From a virus (taxonomy: Duplodnaviria > Caudoviricetes): a stretch of DNA of 56,539 nucleotides. The stretch lies in IMG/VR virus record IMGVR_UViG_3300010052_000139, positions 1 to 56,539 of that record; one strand, given 5' to 3'. Of the stretch, positions 1 through 8,542 are shown one piece after another. The notes below the pieces were generated by a model that saw nothing but the letters and a program-made list of their open reading frames with translations, searched no databases and was not told the DNA's origin. The translations under genes were made by a program, and so were the position numbers. Each line of letters begins with the position of its first letter. Within the stretch, counting starts at the first letter, position 1.

Positions 1-1293
1 GTGCGTCGGGTGCCCGTCGAATACGCCCAGTTCGACCGCCGCGGCATCGTCAAGCTGTCCACGAAGATCAAGGTGGCGAACGACCGGACCGGGGTGAAAG
101 CCGGCCGGGTCGCCGCCAAGCTCAACGAGAAGCTGGAACTGTTCTGGCGCGGCATGGCCAGCGGTCAGGCGACCGAGGCCAAGCAGGCGTGGCAAGACGC
201 GGTTGCGCGGGCCCGGTTGTTCGATCTGGACTATGTCGAGCCTGTCGAAGGTGCGAAGCGGCCGCTGACCGACGTGCTCAATCGCCTCGAAATCCTGATG
301 GACGACGATCGCTGGCGTCAGCCGGCGATACGCCTTGCGGTAACGGGACAGGTGCCGCGGCCCGAATTCAAGCTGTCGACGCTCTTCACGGAGTATTCCG
401 ATGCGCGGCGCGCGCGCCTGGCGAAAATGTCGCCGGATCAGCAGCGCAAGTGGAAGTCAGCGAAGAAGCGCGCGGTCGACATCCTGATCGAGCACCTCGA
501 CGCCGATAAGGCGCTGCACGAACTCACGCGCGCCGATATGCTCGGTTACGCCAAGGTCTGGGAAGATCGCGTCATCGACGAGGGGATTCATCCCGGCACT
601 GCGAACAAGAACATCACGCATATCGTTGGCATGATCCGCACCGTCAACCGCGTGCACCAACTGCAGATCGACATGGCGATATTCGCGGATCTGCGATTGG
701 AGGGCGGCCGCAACAAATCGCGCAAGCCGTTCGCCGTCGACCACATCGCCAAGGTCATTCTTGCCCCAGGCGCGCTCGATGAACTCAATGCCGAGGCGCG
801 TGACGTTGTCTATGTCGTGATCGAAACCGGAGCGCGGCCGTCCGAGATCGTCAACCTCGACGAGAGTTGCGTCGTGCTCGATGCCGAAATCCCGCACATT
901 CGCATCAAACCCGAAGGCCGGCTTCTGAAGAACGAAGTGTCCGAGCGTGACATTCCGCTGGTCGGCATGGCGTTAGAGGCGATGAAGCGCAATCCGAAAG
1001 GCTTCCCACGCTATCGCGACAAGGGCTCGACGCTGTCCGCCACGCTGATGAAGCATTTCAAGGCGCACAAGCTATTGCCGAGCGACGATCATTCGATCTA
1101 TTCGCTGCGGCACAGCTTCAAGGATCGTCTAAAAAGCATCCTCGCGCCGGAGGAGCTGATCGACGAGACGATGGGTCACGCGATCGACAAGCCGAAATAT
1201 GGCGATGGCTACGGGCTGCAACTCAAGCTGCAGCACATTCAGGCGATTGCCTTGAATTCTTCGCTGGCGCCGATGGCGCGGGACTCGAGGTAG
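1..1293 (+). CDS. int: Tyrosine recombinase/phage integrase (true start may lie upstream of the window)
   Basis: Catalytic motifs TGARPSEI (R), LKNEVSER (K), YSLRHSF (HxxR with H replaced by Y), MGH, KYG (Y). Confidence 0.93.
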   Translation: MRRVPVEYAQFDRRGIVKLSTKIKVANDRTGVKAGRVAAKLNEKLELFWRGMASGQATEAKQAWQDAVARARLFDLDYVEPVEGAKRPLTDVLNRLEILMDDDRWRQPAIRLAVTGQVPRPEFKLSTLFTEYSDARRARLAKMSPDQQRKWKSAKKRAVDILIEHLDADKALHELTRADMLGYAKVWEDRVIDEGIHPGTANKNITHIVGMIRTVNRVHQLQIDMAIFADLRLEGGRNKSRKPFAVDHIAKVILAPGALDELNAEARDVVYVVIETGARPSEIVNLDESCVVLDAEIPHIRIKPEGRLLKNEVSERDIPLVGMALEAMKRNPKGFPRYRDKGSTLSATLMKHFKAHKLLPSDDHSIYSLRHSFKDRLKSILAPEELIDETMGHAIDKPKYGDGYGLQLKLQHIQAIALNSSLAPMARDSR

Positions 1294-1466
1294 CGACGCG
1301 CGCGGGAAACGGCATCGTCCTGCGCGCGCAGCGCCGCGATCTCGCGCTCCAGCCGTTCGAGGTATGGTGTGCAGGCCGGGCCATCTTCAAGGATGATCCA
1401 CGAGACGAGCGCCAGCGCGCGCTCGAGGCGCTCGATGGTGATGGGCTCGTCTCGTCGTCGCTTCAT
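1239..1466 (-). CDS. Small helical hypothetical protein, last gene of the leftward operon, overlapping the integrase 3' end
   Basis: ATG at 1466 coupled to upstream stop; MKRRRDEPITIERLERAL... Confidence 0.6.
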   Translation of the reverse strand: MKRRRDEPITIERLERALALVSWIILEDGPACTPYLERLEREIAALRAQDDAVSRARRYLESRAIGASEEFKAIA

Positions 1467-1645
1467 GGCCGCACCAGTTCGGCGCGATCGTCGACGATCT
1501 GGACCTTGCCGGCGGCGATAAGGCGATCGACCACGGCGTTGGCAAACCGGCGTGTGCCGAAGCGCCAGCGCCCGCGAAAGCGCACCAGCGGTCCGGTGCG
1601 CATCAGCCGCAGGCAAAACCTCTCGTCGTGGGTAAATGAGGTCAT
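1463..1645 (-). CDS. Small basic hypothetical protein (possible winged helix/excisionase-like)
   Basis: 60-aa Arg-rich ORF coupled to downstream gene, next to integrase. Confidence 0.5.
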   Translation of the reverse strand: MTSFTHDERFCLRLMRTGPLVRFRGRWRFGTRRFANAVVDRLIAAGKVQIVDDRAELVRP

Positions 1646-1649
1646 TGCC

Positions 1650-2030
1650 TCACTGCCGCGTGGCCAACGCGTGCGTCACCTGCGCGACGACGCTGCGGGC
1701 CTGATTGCTGGTGATGGCGGCATAGTCGCGGGCGATGTCGGCGCCGTAGGGCAGGGTCATCATCGTGGTGCCGATGTCGTCGGCCCGCGACGTGTCGTCG
1801 ACGCCCGGCGCTCCGTCGAACAGCCATGCGATCGGCACGCGGTAGAGCTTGCACAGTGCGGCGAGGCGGCCGGCGCCGACACGGTTGGTGCCTTTCTCGT
1901 ACTTCTGCACCTGCTGGAAGGTCAGTCCGAGGTGTTCGGCGGCTTTCTCCTGCGAGATCTTCGCCATCAGGCGTGCAGCGCGCAGTCGCGTCGCGACGTA
2001 ATGGTCGACGGCAGTTGCTTTCGAAGTCAT
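1650..2030 (-). CDS. XRE-family HTH regulator, PraR/PhrR-like
   Basis: Signature SQEKAAEHLGLTFQQVQKYEKGTNRV; RBS GGAGG before ATG 2030. Confidence 0.88.
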   Translation of the reverse strand: MTSKATAVDHYVATRLRAARLMAKISQEKAAEHLGLTFQQVQKYEKGTNRVGAGRLAALCKLYRVPIAWLFDGAPGVDDTSRADDIGTTMMTLPYGADIARDYAAITSNQARSVVAQVTHALATRQ

Positions 2031-2145
2031 GGATGGTCCTCCCTTGGTTGAGTTTCTGTCGTTTCGGCTTGCGTGCTGGTGACGATGTCCCGCCACAGCA
2101 CGAGGATCAGCAGCACGAGCGGCCACGCGATGAGCAGCCGCACGA

Positions 2146-2364
2146 TCACGCGGGCACCGCCATCGCTTCGGCGACGCGCGCCTGCAGCAGCGCGTATTCG
2201 ATGTCGATATCGACCGGGTTGCCGTCGGCGTCGGCGATAGCCTCGACGCGCTCCGCCGGCGGCAGATCACGCTTGCCCTGCCAGGCGATGAGAAACAGAC
2301 TGGCCGCTGACTGGTTTGCGGTGGCCAGCTTGTCCGGCATCGTTCGTTGCCGGATCATTGCCAT
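2146..2364 (-). CDS. Hypothetical protein
   Basis: 72-aa ORF in leftward early operon. Confidence 0.5.
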   Translation of the reverse strand: MAMIRQRTMPDKLATANQSAASLFLIAWQGKRDLPPAERVEAIADADGNPVDIDIEYALLQARVAEAMAVPA

Positions 2365-2487
2365 TCCCCCGGGGACGGGGTGTATGCTGCGAACGAACAG
2401 TCGTGCGAAATAGCGGCGCGTCCGCCGAATGGCAGTCGGCAGACGCGCCTGGAATCCCCTCTGACGTCAGCAAAGGAGACTCGTCCG

Positions 2488-2598
2488 ATGGCTGGTAAAG
2501 ACAATGACGACACGCCGGCACCGACGCGGGATACGCAGCCGCCGCCGGAGCGCGACCACCAGAAATCCCGGTTGCCACGACCGCCGAAGGACGACTGA
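2488..2598 (+). CDS. 36-aa Pro/Asp-rich peptide
   Basis: RBS AAGGAG, ATG 2488, MAGKDNDDTPAPTRDTQPPPERDHQKSRLPRPPKDD, convergent with membrane gene. Confidence 0.45.
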   Translation: MAGKDNDDTPAPTRDTQPPPERDHQKSRLPRPPKDD

Positions 2599-2605
2599 CC
2601 GAACG

Positions 2606-3142
2606 TCAGCCGAGCAGCATACCGATCCCGAGCGCTAGCAAACCGAGTAGGGGCGCGGCAAGGCCGCTGCCTTTGGCGATCTTCATCAGATCGTCGGCCC
2701 GCTTGTTGGCGGCTTCGTTGCGGGTGTGGCCATCCTCCAGGCGCTGCAGGTAGGTTCGCAAAGCCTGATCTCCGCTCTTCTCTTCGGTGGCCTTGTCCGC
2801 CCATTGCCACAAGCTCGGCTGGGTTCCGGGCAAGTTGATGCTGGTCGGCCATACCGCGGCGAAGCAGTGTCCCGCGCCGAACAGGCAGGGCAACCCGATA
2901 CCCAACAGTACGAAGGTCAGGTAGAGCGGGGCTCCTGTGTTGCCGAGCTTGAACCAGATCGCAGCAGCCCCAGAAATGCTCGCGCTGGCGAGGGTTATGT
3001 AGAGTTGCAGCAAACCCATGGCCATGCGGTCGTTGTTGTAGATCAGGTCGACCAGCGCCGTGTGACGCTTCTGTGCGGTGTCGCAGGCGTAACGAAGTTC
3101 TTCGGTGTTCAGCATTGGCTTCCCCCGCAGGGATTCCAGCAT
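2606..3142 (-). CDS. 3-TM membrane protein with Pycsar-effector (PycTM)-like topology
   Basis: N-terminal helix, two TM segments ending in WP, soluble loop, NEAANKRA helix, C-terminal TM. Confidence 0.6.
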   Translation of the reverse strand: MLESLRGKPMLNTEELRYACDTAQKRHTALVDLIYNNDRMAMGLLQLYITLASASISGAAAIWFKLGNTGAPLYLTFVLLGIGLPCLFGAGHCFAAVWPTSINLPGTQPSLWQWADKATEEKSGDQALRTYLQRLEDGHTRNEAANKRADDLMKIAKGSGLAAPLLGLLALGIGMLLG

Positions 3143-3216
3143 AGCCGGTAACAGCAGGACTGCACTGAGAAAATCGATGCAGCGAAGACGACTGAGGCAA
3201 CCTTCTCATAGCATCC

Positions 3217-3498
3217 TCACGTCATCGCGGACAAAGCGTGCGCCCGACGAGCGGCGGCGCGGCTCAAGGTTCGGATCTGTTCCGGAGTGAAGCCGAGGAT
3301 TTCCAGATCGTCGGCTGAGCAACCACCTTCGCGATAAGCGGCCTCTCGCATGTCTTCAGCCATGCGGCGCATCGCGTCGTCGTCGCTCATCTGCGCGCGC
3401 GGAGGTATCAGCGAGGAGGCGATGAAGCCGGGAATTTTCGGCTGAGGACGGCGGCGATTGACCGGAGTGGAATAGCGCGGAGGGGTGCCACGACGCAT
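3217..3498 (-). CDS. Hypothetical protein, first gene of the leftward (pL) operon
   Basis: RBS GGGAGA upstream; directly downstream of the pL-like promoter. Confidence 0.65.
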   Translation of the reverse strand: MRRGTPPRYSTPVNRRRPQPKIPGFIASSLIPPRAQMSDDDAMRRMAEDMREAAYREGGCSADDLEILGFTPEQIRTLSRAAARRAHALSAMT

Positions 3499-3528
3499 CG
3501 ATTGTCTCCCGTTTGTTTCACGGGAAAC

Positions 3529-3580
3529 AAATCAACACCATTTTGGTGTTACGTCAATACAACGTACACCATAATGGTGT
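3529..3580 (-). promoter_or_regulatory. pL promoter with two repressor operators (OL)
   Basis: Minus strand TTGACG-N17-TGATTT; palindromes AACACCATTTTGGTGTT (3534..3550) and ACACCATAATGGTGT (3566..3580). Confidence 0.85.
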
Positions 3581-3581
3581 G

Positions 3582-3818
3582 TTAATTCGTCGATCCCTTC
3601 ATCATGAACCAGATGGACCAAACGATTAGGACGGCGAGGCCTACGACGAAGAGCTTGGCGATGAATATGAAAATGGCGTTTGTCGCTGCGTCGACGCGCT
3701 TCATCGTCGCCACGGGGAGAATCCAGCCCAGGATGATGCGTATAGCGCCAAACAGAATTGCCAGCCCGATTACTACTATCAGAAACGCTAATAACACGAT
3801 TGAATTCCTCGCGATCAA
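3582..3818 (-). CDS. Small 2-TM membrane protein co-transcribed with cI
   Basis: Start overlaps cI stop; two long hydrophobic segments. Confidence 0.65.
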   Translation of the reverse strand: MIARNSIVLLAFLIVVIGLAILFGAIRIILGWILPVATMKRVDAATNAIFIFIAKLFVVGLAVLIVWSIWFMMKGSTN

Positions 3819-4411
3819 AGCAGGTCGTTGACCACCCGCCCGACGCGTCCGAAAACCGATAATTCCCCGGTCGGATGGATGGTCTCATGATCGGGGTTCG
3901 TCGAAAATGGCTGTAGCCGGGGACGGGCGCCGCCACGGTATCGTTTGAAGGTCACGTCGCCTTCCGGTGTTTCGAAAACATAAAATGCATCGTTGACCAG
4001 GCGGCTGTCCGCCCTATTGACGAAAATATAACTCCCTTCCGGGGCGACGAGATTCATCGAATCCCCGCTTACCTGAAGAGCAACCCAATCGCCCCGCGGT
4101 AAATCAGCAGCCAGCAGGTATTTCTTGATATCCGACTTGCGCACACCATCCTGCTGCGACATGCGGCCCGCACTGACCCACGATACGAGCGGGATGCGAA
4201 TGCGTCGAAGCGAAGGAAAGACGAGCAATTCTGGCTGTGTCCGCAATGGAACGGCCAGTTTCTCGGCCCAGCTGGCGGTCATCTCGCGTTCGCCGTGGAC
4301 CAGCTTTCCGATCTGCTGTTGTGACGTGCCAACCGCCTCGGCCAGCGCTGCCTGCGACATGTCGCGGCGCTTCATGACCTCGCCCAAGCCATTCGGATAT
4401 TTGCCCTTCAT
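3815..4411 (-). CDS. cI: CI-like repressor (HTH + S24 autopeptidase)
   Basis: HTH MSQAALAEAVGTSQQQIGKL; Ala-Gly cleavage site VSAG; catalytic GDSM and TFKRY; start reassigned to ATG 4411 because operators lie just upstream. Confidence 0.93.
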   Translation of the reverse strand: MKGKYPNGLGEVMKRRDMSQAALAEAVGTSQQQIGKLVHGEREMTASWAEKLAVPLRTQPELLVFPSLRRIRIPLVSWVSAGRMSQQDGVRKSDIKKYLLAADLPRGDWVALQVSGDSMNLVAPEGSYIFVNRADSRLVNDAFYVFETPEGDVTFKRYRGGARPRLQPFSTNPDHETIHPTGELSVFGRVGRVVNDLL

Positions 4412-4422
4412 ATCCGCAGGCA

Positions 4423-4495
4423 GCACCAAAATGGTGTGATTAGCAAACACCAAATCGGTGTTTAAGACTTGCGAATCAACACCAAAATGGTGTTG
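4423..4495. promoter_or_regulatory. OR: three repressor operators between cI and cro
   Basis: GCACCAAAATGGTGT (4423..4437), AAACACCAAATCGGTGTTT (4445..4463), CAACACCAAAATGGTGTTG (4477..4495); same consensus as OL. Confidence 0.9.
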
Positions 4496-4505
4496 CACTC
4501 GTTCC

Positions 4506-4736
4506 ATGACATTTGACGAATGGATGCTCAAAGCCCGCAACTCCAATGCGGACATCGGAAAGCGCATCGGGAAGTCCGGTGAAGCGGTCCGTCGCTATCG
4601 GACAGGTGAGCGCGAGCCGGATGCCGACGTGATGACGCGCATCTTCGAACTGAGCAATGGGGAAGTGACGCCGAACGATTGGGTCGGGGTCGGCCCGCGG
4701 ACGGAAGCTGAAATCTCGGGACAGGAAAACGCATGA
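4506..4736 (+). CDS. cro: Cro-like HTH regulator
   Basis: Divergent from cI; MTFDEW...AVRRYRTGEREP...GEVTPNDW. Confidence 0.85.
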   Translation: MTFDEWMLKARNSNADIGKRIGKSGEAVRRYRTGEREPDADVMTRIFELSNGEVTPNDWVGVGPRTEAEISGQENA

Positions 4737-5146
4737 CCAAGAAGGTAGGACCGACTGCTGCGCGGGGCAAAAAGGGACATTCCCAAATTCGGGAATCAAA
4801 TTCCCGAAAACGGAATCGGATTTCGCCAGTCATGCGAAAAGTGAAGAGCTTGCTGCCCGCCCGTAAAGCAGCGTGGCACTTGGCGATTCTGATCGATGAG
4901 CCCCTTGGCACCTGTCAAAAACTGCTCTGTGGAGAACGCTCCGAAAATGCAGAGGTGCTGGGCAAGCTTTTGCGGTCCTGGATGGGACGCGAGGTGCTCT
5001 TCACCGTCATGGAGGATGGGCAGTCGATCGCGCGGCCTGAGTGGTTCTCGAAGTATCGCAAGCAGCTCGATGTCAACGCGGCTCGCCGCCAATTGATCGA
5101 AAGCCAGCGCGCCATCGAAGCCCTGCAGGCGGAGGCGGCGGAATGA
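4733..5146 (+). CDS. Putative CII-position regulator
   Basis: Follows cro with ATGA overlap; HTH-like core and C-terminal coiled coil. Confidence 0.55.
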   Translation: MTKKVGPTAARGKKGHSQIRESNSRKRNRISPVMRKVKSLLPARKAAWHLAILIDEPLGTCQKLLCGERSENAEVLGKLLRSWMGREVLFTVMEDGQSIARPEWFSKYRKQLDVNAARRQLIESQRAIEALQAEAAE

Positions 5147-5370
5147 GCGCCATCGTCACGCTCGCCGTCGCGATCGGCTTCCTGATCGGCATCAGCATCA
5201 TGGTGATCTTCGCGCTCGGCGGCACCGATGCCGACGATCCGATGCAGCAGGTGGTCGGCGACGCGCCGGGCTTCTCGGCCGAGCAGCTCCGCGAGATCTC
5301 GCACCGCTCGATGCAGGACGCGGCGCAGGATCCGCTGCGGCGGTCGTTCGCGAGGCGCGCCCATGGCTGA
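5143..5370 (+). CDS. Small membrane protein
   Basis: ATGA overlap; N-terminal TM segment. Confidence 0.55.
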   Translation: MSAIVTLAVAIGFLIGISIMVIFALGGTDADDPMQQVVGDAPGFSAEQLREISHRSMQDAAQDPLRRSFARRAHG

Positions 5371-5644
5371 CGCGCCGGAGCCAACTCGCGAATTGCTGCT
5401 CGGCAGCGAGACGCTGGAGTTCTTCGCCAACACCCGCGGGGTGCTGAGTGTCGACGCGGACCTGGTGCGGCTACGCATCTACACGCCGGACGGCAAGGCG
5501 CTACTCGGCGATATCGGCGTGTCGCCGCAGCGCGCGCGTTACATCGGCGAACGTTTCATCGCCGGCGCCGACAAGCTGGACCCGAAGGGCGCGGTGAAGC
5601 TGCAACTGATGACGGCCGATGCTGCGAAGGCGGTGACGCCATGA
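5363..5644 (+). CDS. Hypothetical protein
   Basis: Coupled ORF in early operon (MADAPEPTRE...). Confidence 0.6.
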   Translation: MADAPEPTRELLLGSETLEFFANTRGVLSVDADLVRLRIYTPDGKALLGDIGVSPQRARYIGERFIAGADKLDPKGAVKLQLMTADAAKAVTP

Positions 5645-5889
5645 GCCGCAGCGAGCCAGCCGAAATTCTCGTCGCGGTCCACTTCGACAATCCGGAGCGC
5701 AAGGCGGTGCTGGTGTCGAAGGATGGCGAAGCCGCCCACGCGAAATGGCTGCCGCGCCGCTGGCTGCTCTCGTTCCACCTCACCGGAAAGACGACGCGCG
5801 GCCGCGACAAGCGCGGCGGCAGCGTCACGCTGCCGATGGCGCACGCGACCGTGCCGGAATGGCTGGCGATTCAGGAAGGGCTGGTGTGA
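5641..5889 (+). CDS. Hypothetical phage protein
   Basis: KAVLV...WLP...VPEWLA..EGLV pattern seen in small phage proteins. Confidence 0.7.
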   Translation: MSRSEPAEILVAVHFDNPERKAVLVSKDGEAAHAKWLPRRWLLSFHLTGKTTRGRDKRGGSVTLPMAHATVPEWLAIQEGLV

Positions 5890-7019
5890 TGGGCGGACCG
5901 ACCTCGATCGAATGGGCCGAGCACAGCTGGAATCCCATTGTCGGCTGCGGCGTGCTCTCGCCCGGCTGCACCAATTGTTACGCGATGACGATGGCGGCGC
6001 GCATCGAAGCGATGAACGCGGCGCTGCCGCCGGGTCACGGCGAATCCACGCATTACGCCGGCACGACGCGCAAGGTGAACGGCAAGGCGGTATGGACCGG
6101 CAAGCTGGCGCTGGCCGGCGACGACGTACTGCTGGCGCCGGTGCGCCGGAAAAAACCGACGACGTATTTCGTCAACTCGATGGGCGATTTGTTCCACGAG
6201 GATTGCCCCGACGCATGGATCGACCGCGTGTTCGCGGTGATGGCGCTGTGCCCGCAGCATACGTTTCAGGTGCTGACGAAGCGCGCGGCGCGGATGCAGG
6301 ATTACTGTGGTGCGCCCGACATCGTCGATCGTGTGTGGTCGGCCGCGGATCGGATCAGCGCAGCCTCATTTGCCAGGCGTGATCAGGGAGCGCAGCCGGG
6401 TGAATTACCTTGGCCGCTACGCAACGTCTGGCTTGGCGTCTCGACCGAAGATCAGAAACGCGCCGACGAGCGTATTCCGCATCTGCTGGCGACACCGGCG
6501 GCGGTGCGGTTCATCAGCGCCGAGCCGTTGCTCGGGGCAATCGATCTGACCGCAATCCGCTGGCACGATGAGGACGCCGAAATCCGAGCGAACGCGCTCA
6601 CGGCCGAAGCATGGGTTGAGAATAGCGAGAGTGCCTCGGCCTATACCAACGAGGCGGACGGCAACACGAAGCTCGACTGGGTCATCGTCGGCGGCGAATC
6701 CGGTCCCGACGCGCGGCCGATGCATCCGGACTGCGCGCGCGGCCTGCGCGATCAATGCGCCGCCGCCGGCGTGGCGTTTTTCTTCAAGCAGTGGGGCGCG
6801 TGGGAAGTTGCGCTGGATCGTGATCGTGACGATCCCGATTGGCGCGCGGACTATAGCTGCCGCTTCGCTGATCGCGGCAAGTACAAGTGGCTGAATCTCG
6901 AAGGTGGCTGCGGCTTTCACGGTGAGCGGTTCTACGTCATGCGCCGTGTCGGCAAGAAAGCCGCCGGCCGGCTGCTCGATGGCGTCGCGCACAGCGCCAT
7001 GCCGGAGGTGCGGGCATGA
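5889..7019 (+). CDS. Phage Gp37/Gp68 (DUF5131) radical-SAM-like protein
   Basis: TSIEW, WNPIVGC..LSPGCTNCYA, FVNSMGDLFH, QVLTKR, DWVIVGGESG, FFFKQWG. Confidence 0.92.
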   Translation: MGGPTSIEWAEHSWNPIVGCGVLSPGCTNCYAMTMAARIEAMNAALPPGHGESTHYAGTTRKVNGKAVWTGKLALAGDDVLLAPVRRKKPTTYFVNSMGDLFHEDCPDAWIDRVFAVMALCPQHTFQVLTKRAARMQDYCGAPDIVDRVWSAADRISAASFARRDQGAQPGELPWPLRNVWLGVSTEDQKRADERIPHLLATPAAVRFISAEPLLGAIDLTAIRWHDEDAEIRANALTAEAWVENSESASAYTNEADGNTKLDWVIVGGESGPDARPMHPDCARGLRDQCAAAGVAFFFKQWGAWEVALDRDRDDPDWRADYSCRFADRGKYKWLNLEGGCGFHGERFYVMRRVGKKAAGRLLDGVAHSAMPEVRA

Positions 7020-8542
7020 CGACGCTCGCGCAATACGACCGTGCTCGCGCCGCGCTGGCCGAAGCTGTCCGCATCGACCAGGTGCTGCCGCTGCGCGACG
7101 AGGTGGAACATATCAAGCTTTATGCGCGCCAGATCCGCGATCGCGCCCTGATGGCCGATGCGGCGGAATTTCAGCTGCGCGTCGAACGGCGGCTCGGCAC
7201 GTTGATCGTCGCGGCGAAAGAGGCGGGGCAGATCGCCGAAGGCCGCCCGCGCAAATCGGCCGCCGCACCTGCCGCCGAAAACGGTTCCGAACAAGAACCG
7301 TTTACCCGCGTCACGCTGGCGGAGGCGGGCGTCGACAAAAAGCTGTCCGCGACGGCGCAAAAGCACGCGTCGATATCCGAGCAGGCTTTTGAAGCGATGG
7401 TGGCCGCAACGCGGGAGCGTGTCATCGCCGGGCGCGCCAAGATGATCGACAACGGCCCGATCAACGGTGCGCGCGCCGTCATGGGTTCGCGGGCCGAACC
7501 AGCGGACTCGCTGGACTATTTCCCGACGCCGCCCTGGGCGACCCGCGCGCTGATCGAAAAGGTGTTTCCGCAGATCGGTCAGCGCGGAGATGTCAGCAGG
7601 TGCTCGGCATGGGAGCCGGCGTGCGGCGAGGGGCATATCGCCGAGGTGCTGGCTGAATACTTCGGAGAGGTGCTGGCGTCCGATATCCACGATTACGGCT
7701 ACGGCGACGCCGTGCAGGATTTCCTCGATGACGGTGCCGTGATGCCGGAAGCGGACTGGATCATCACCAATCCGCCGTTCGGCGACAGGACCGAGGCCTT
7801 CGTGCTCAAGGCACTGCAGCTGGCGCGGCGCGGCGTGGCGATGTTTGTCCGCATGCAATGGCTGGAAACGATCGGCCGCTATGAGGCGATCTTCCGCGAC
7901 ACGCCGCCGACGCTCATCGCGTTTTTCGCGGAGCGTGTGCCGTTGTGCAAGGGGCGTTGGGATCCTGCCGGCGACACCGCGACGGCGTACATCTGGCTGG
8001 TGTGGCGAAAGGGCGGTGCGCCGCGCGCGCCGTTCTGGATTCCCCCGGGGCAACGCGAAGCCTTAAGCAAAGCGGACGACGTCGCGCGTTTCACGGCGAA
8101 GCCGGTGATGAAAGAACCGCGCGCGACGTGGCAATCCGATCTGCCGCCGCACGATCCCGAGACCGGCGAGGTGCTCGACGATAGCGATGCGAGCGCCATT
8201 GCAGGTTCTGACGGCAGCCCAAAGAACATTGCGCACATGGGCACCCTAGCGGGGGGTGATGCAGATACCGTGATCGCCGGCGATGCCGGTCTGCATGCAG
8301 CCGGAATCGCGCCCGGCCCGTCAGATGAATCCCCAGCGAAAGCGGATGCTGATACGACGCCGCACAGCGGTGTTGCAGAAAACCACTGTGGCGCAAGCGT
8401 TTCACGTGAAACGAATGTCGCGAACGTTTCGTGCGTCGTCACCACTTCCGCGCATCCCTTCACCGACGACGGACTCGATATCCCGGCCTTCCTGGACCGC
8501 CGCAACCGAAACACTGTGCCGGATGCGAGGTCCGGCGAATGA
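7016..8542 (+). CDS. Amino-(adenine/N4C) DNA methyltransferase with N-terminal helical domain and long disordered C-terminal tail
   Basis: DYFPTPPW, WEPACGEG (SAM binding), DWIITNPPF (catalytic), TATAYIWLVW. Confidence 0.85.
   Translation: MTTLAQYDRARAALAEAVRIDQVLPLRDEVEHIKLYARQIRDRALMADAAEFQLRVERRLGTLIVAAKEAGQIAEGRPRKSAAAPAAENGSEQEPFTRVTLAEAGVDKKLSATAQKHASISEQAFEAMVAATRERVIAGRAKMIDNGPINGARAVMGSRAEPADSLDYFPTPPWATRALIEKVFPQIGQRGDVSRCSAWEPACGEGHIAEVLAEYFGEVLASDIHDYGYGDAVQDFLDDGAVMPEADWIITNPPFGDRTEAFVLKALQLARRGVAMFVRMQWLETIGRYEAIFRDTPPTLIAFFAERVPLCKGRWDPAGDTATAYIWLVWRKGGAPRAPFWIPPGQREALSKADDVARFTAKPVMKEPRATWQSDLPPHDPETGEVLDDSDASAIAGSDGSPKNIAHMGTLAGGDADTVIAGDAGLHAAGIAPGPSDESPAKADADTTPHSGVAENHCGASVSRETNVANVSCVVTTSAHPFTDDGLDIPAFLDRRNRNTVPDARSGE

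Noticed and set aside
2355-3209. 284-aa ORF overlapping the 3-TM gene on the same strand
   Set aside because: Arg/Gly-rich off-frame composition; the 178-aa frame gives a coherent membrane protein
4412-4567. N-terminal extension of cI in the ORF track (and similar extensions of cro, Gp37/68, C5 MTase, NusG, TMP)
   Set aside because: Extensions run through operators or upstream genes; downstream starts fit RBS or stop/start coupling
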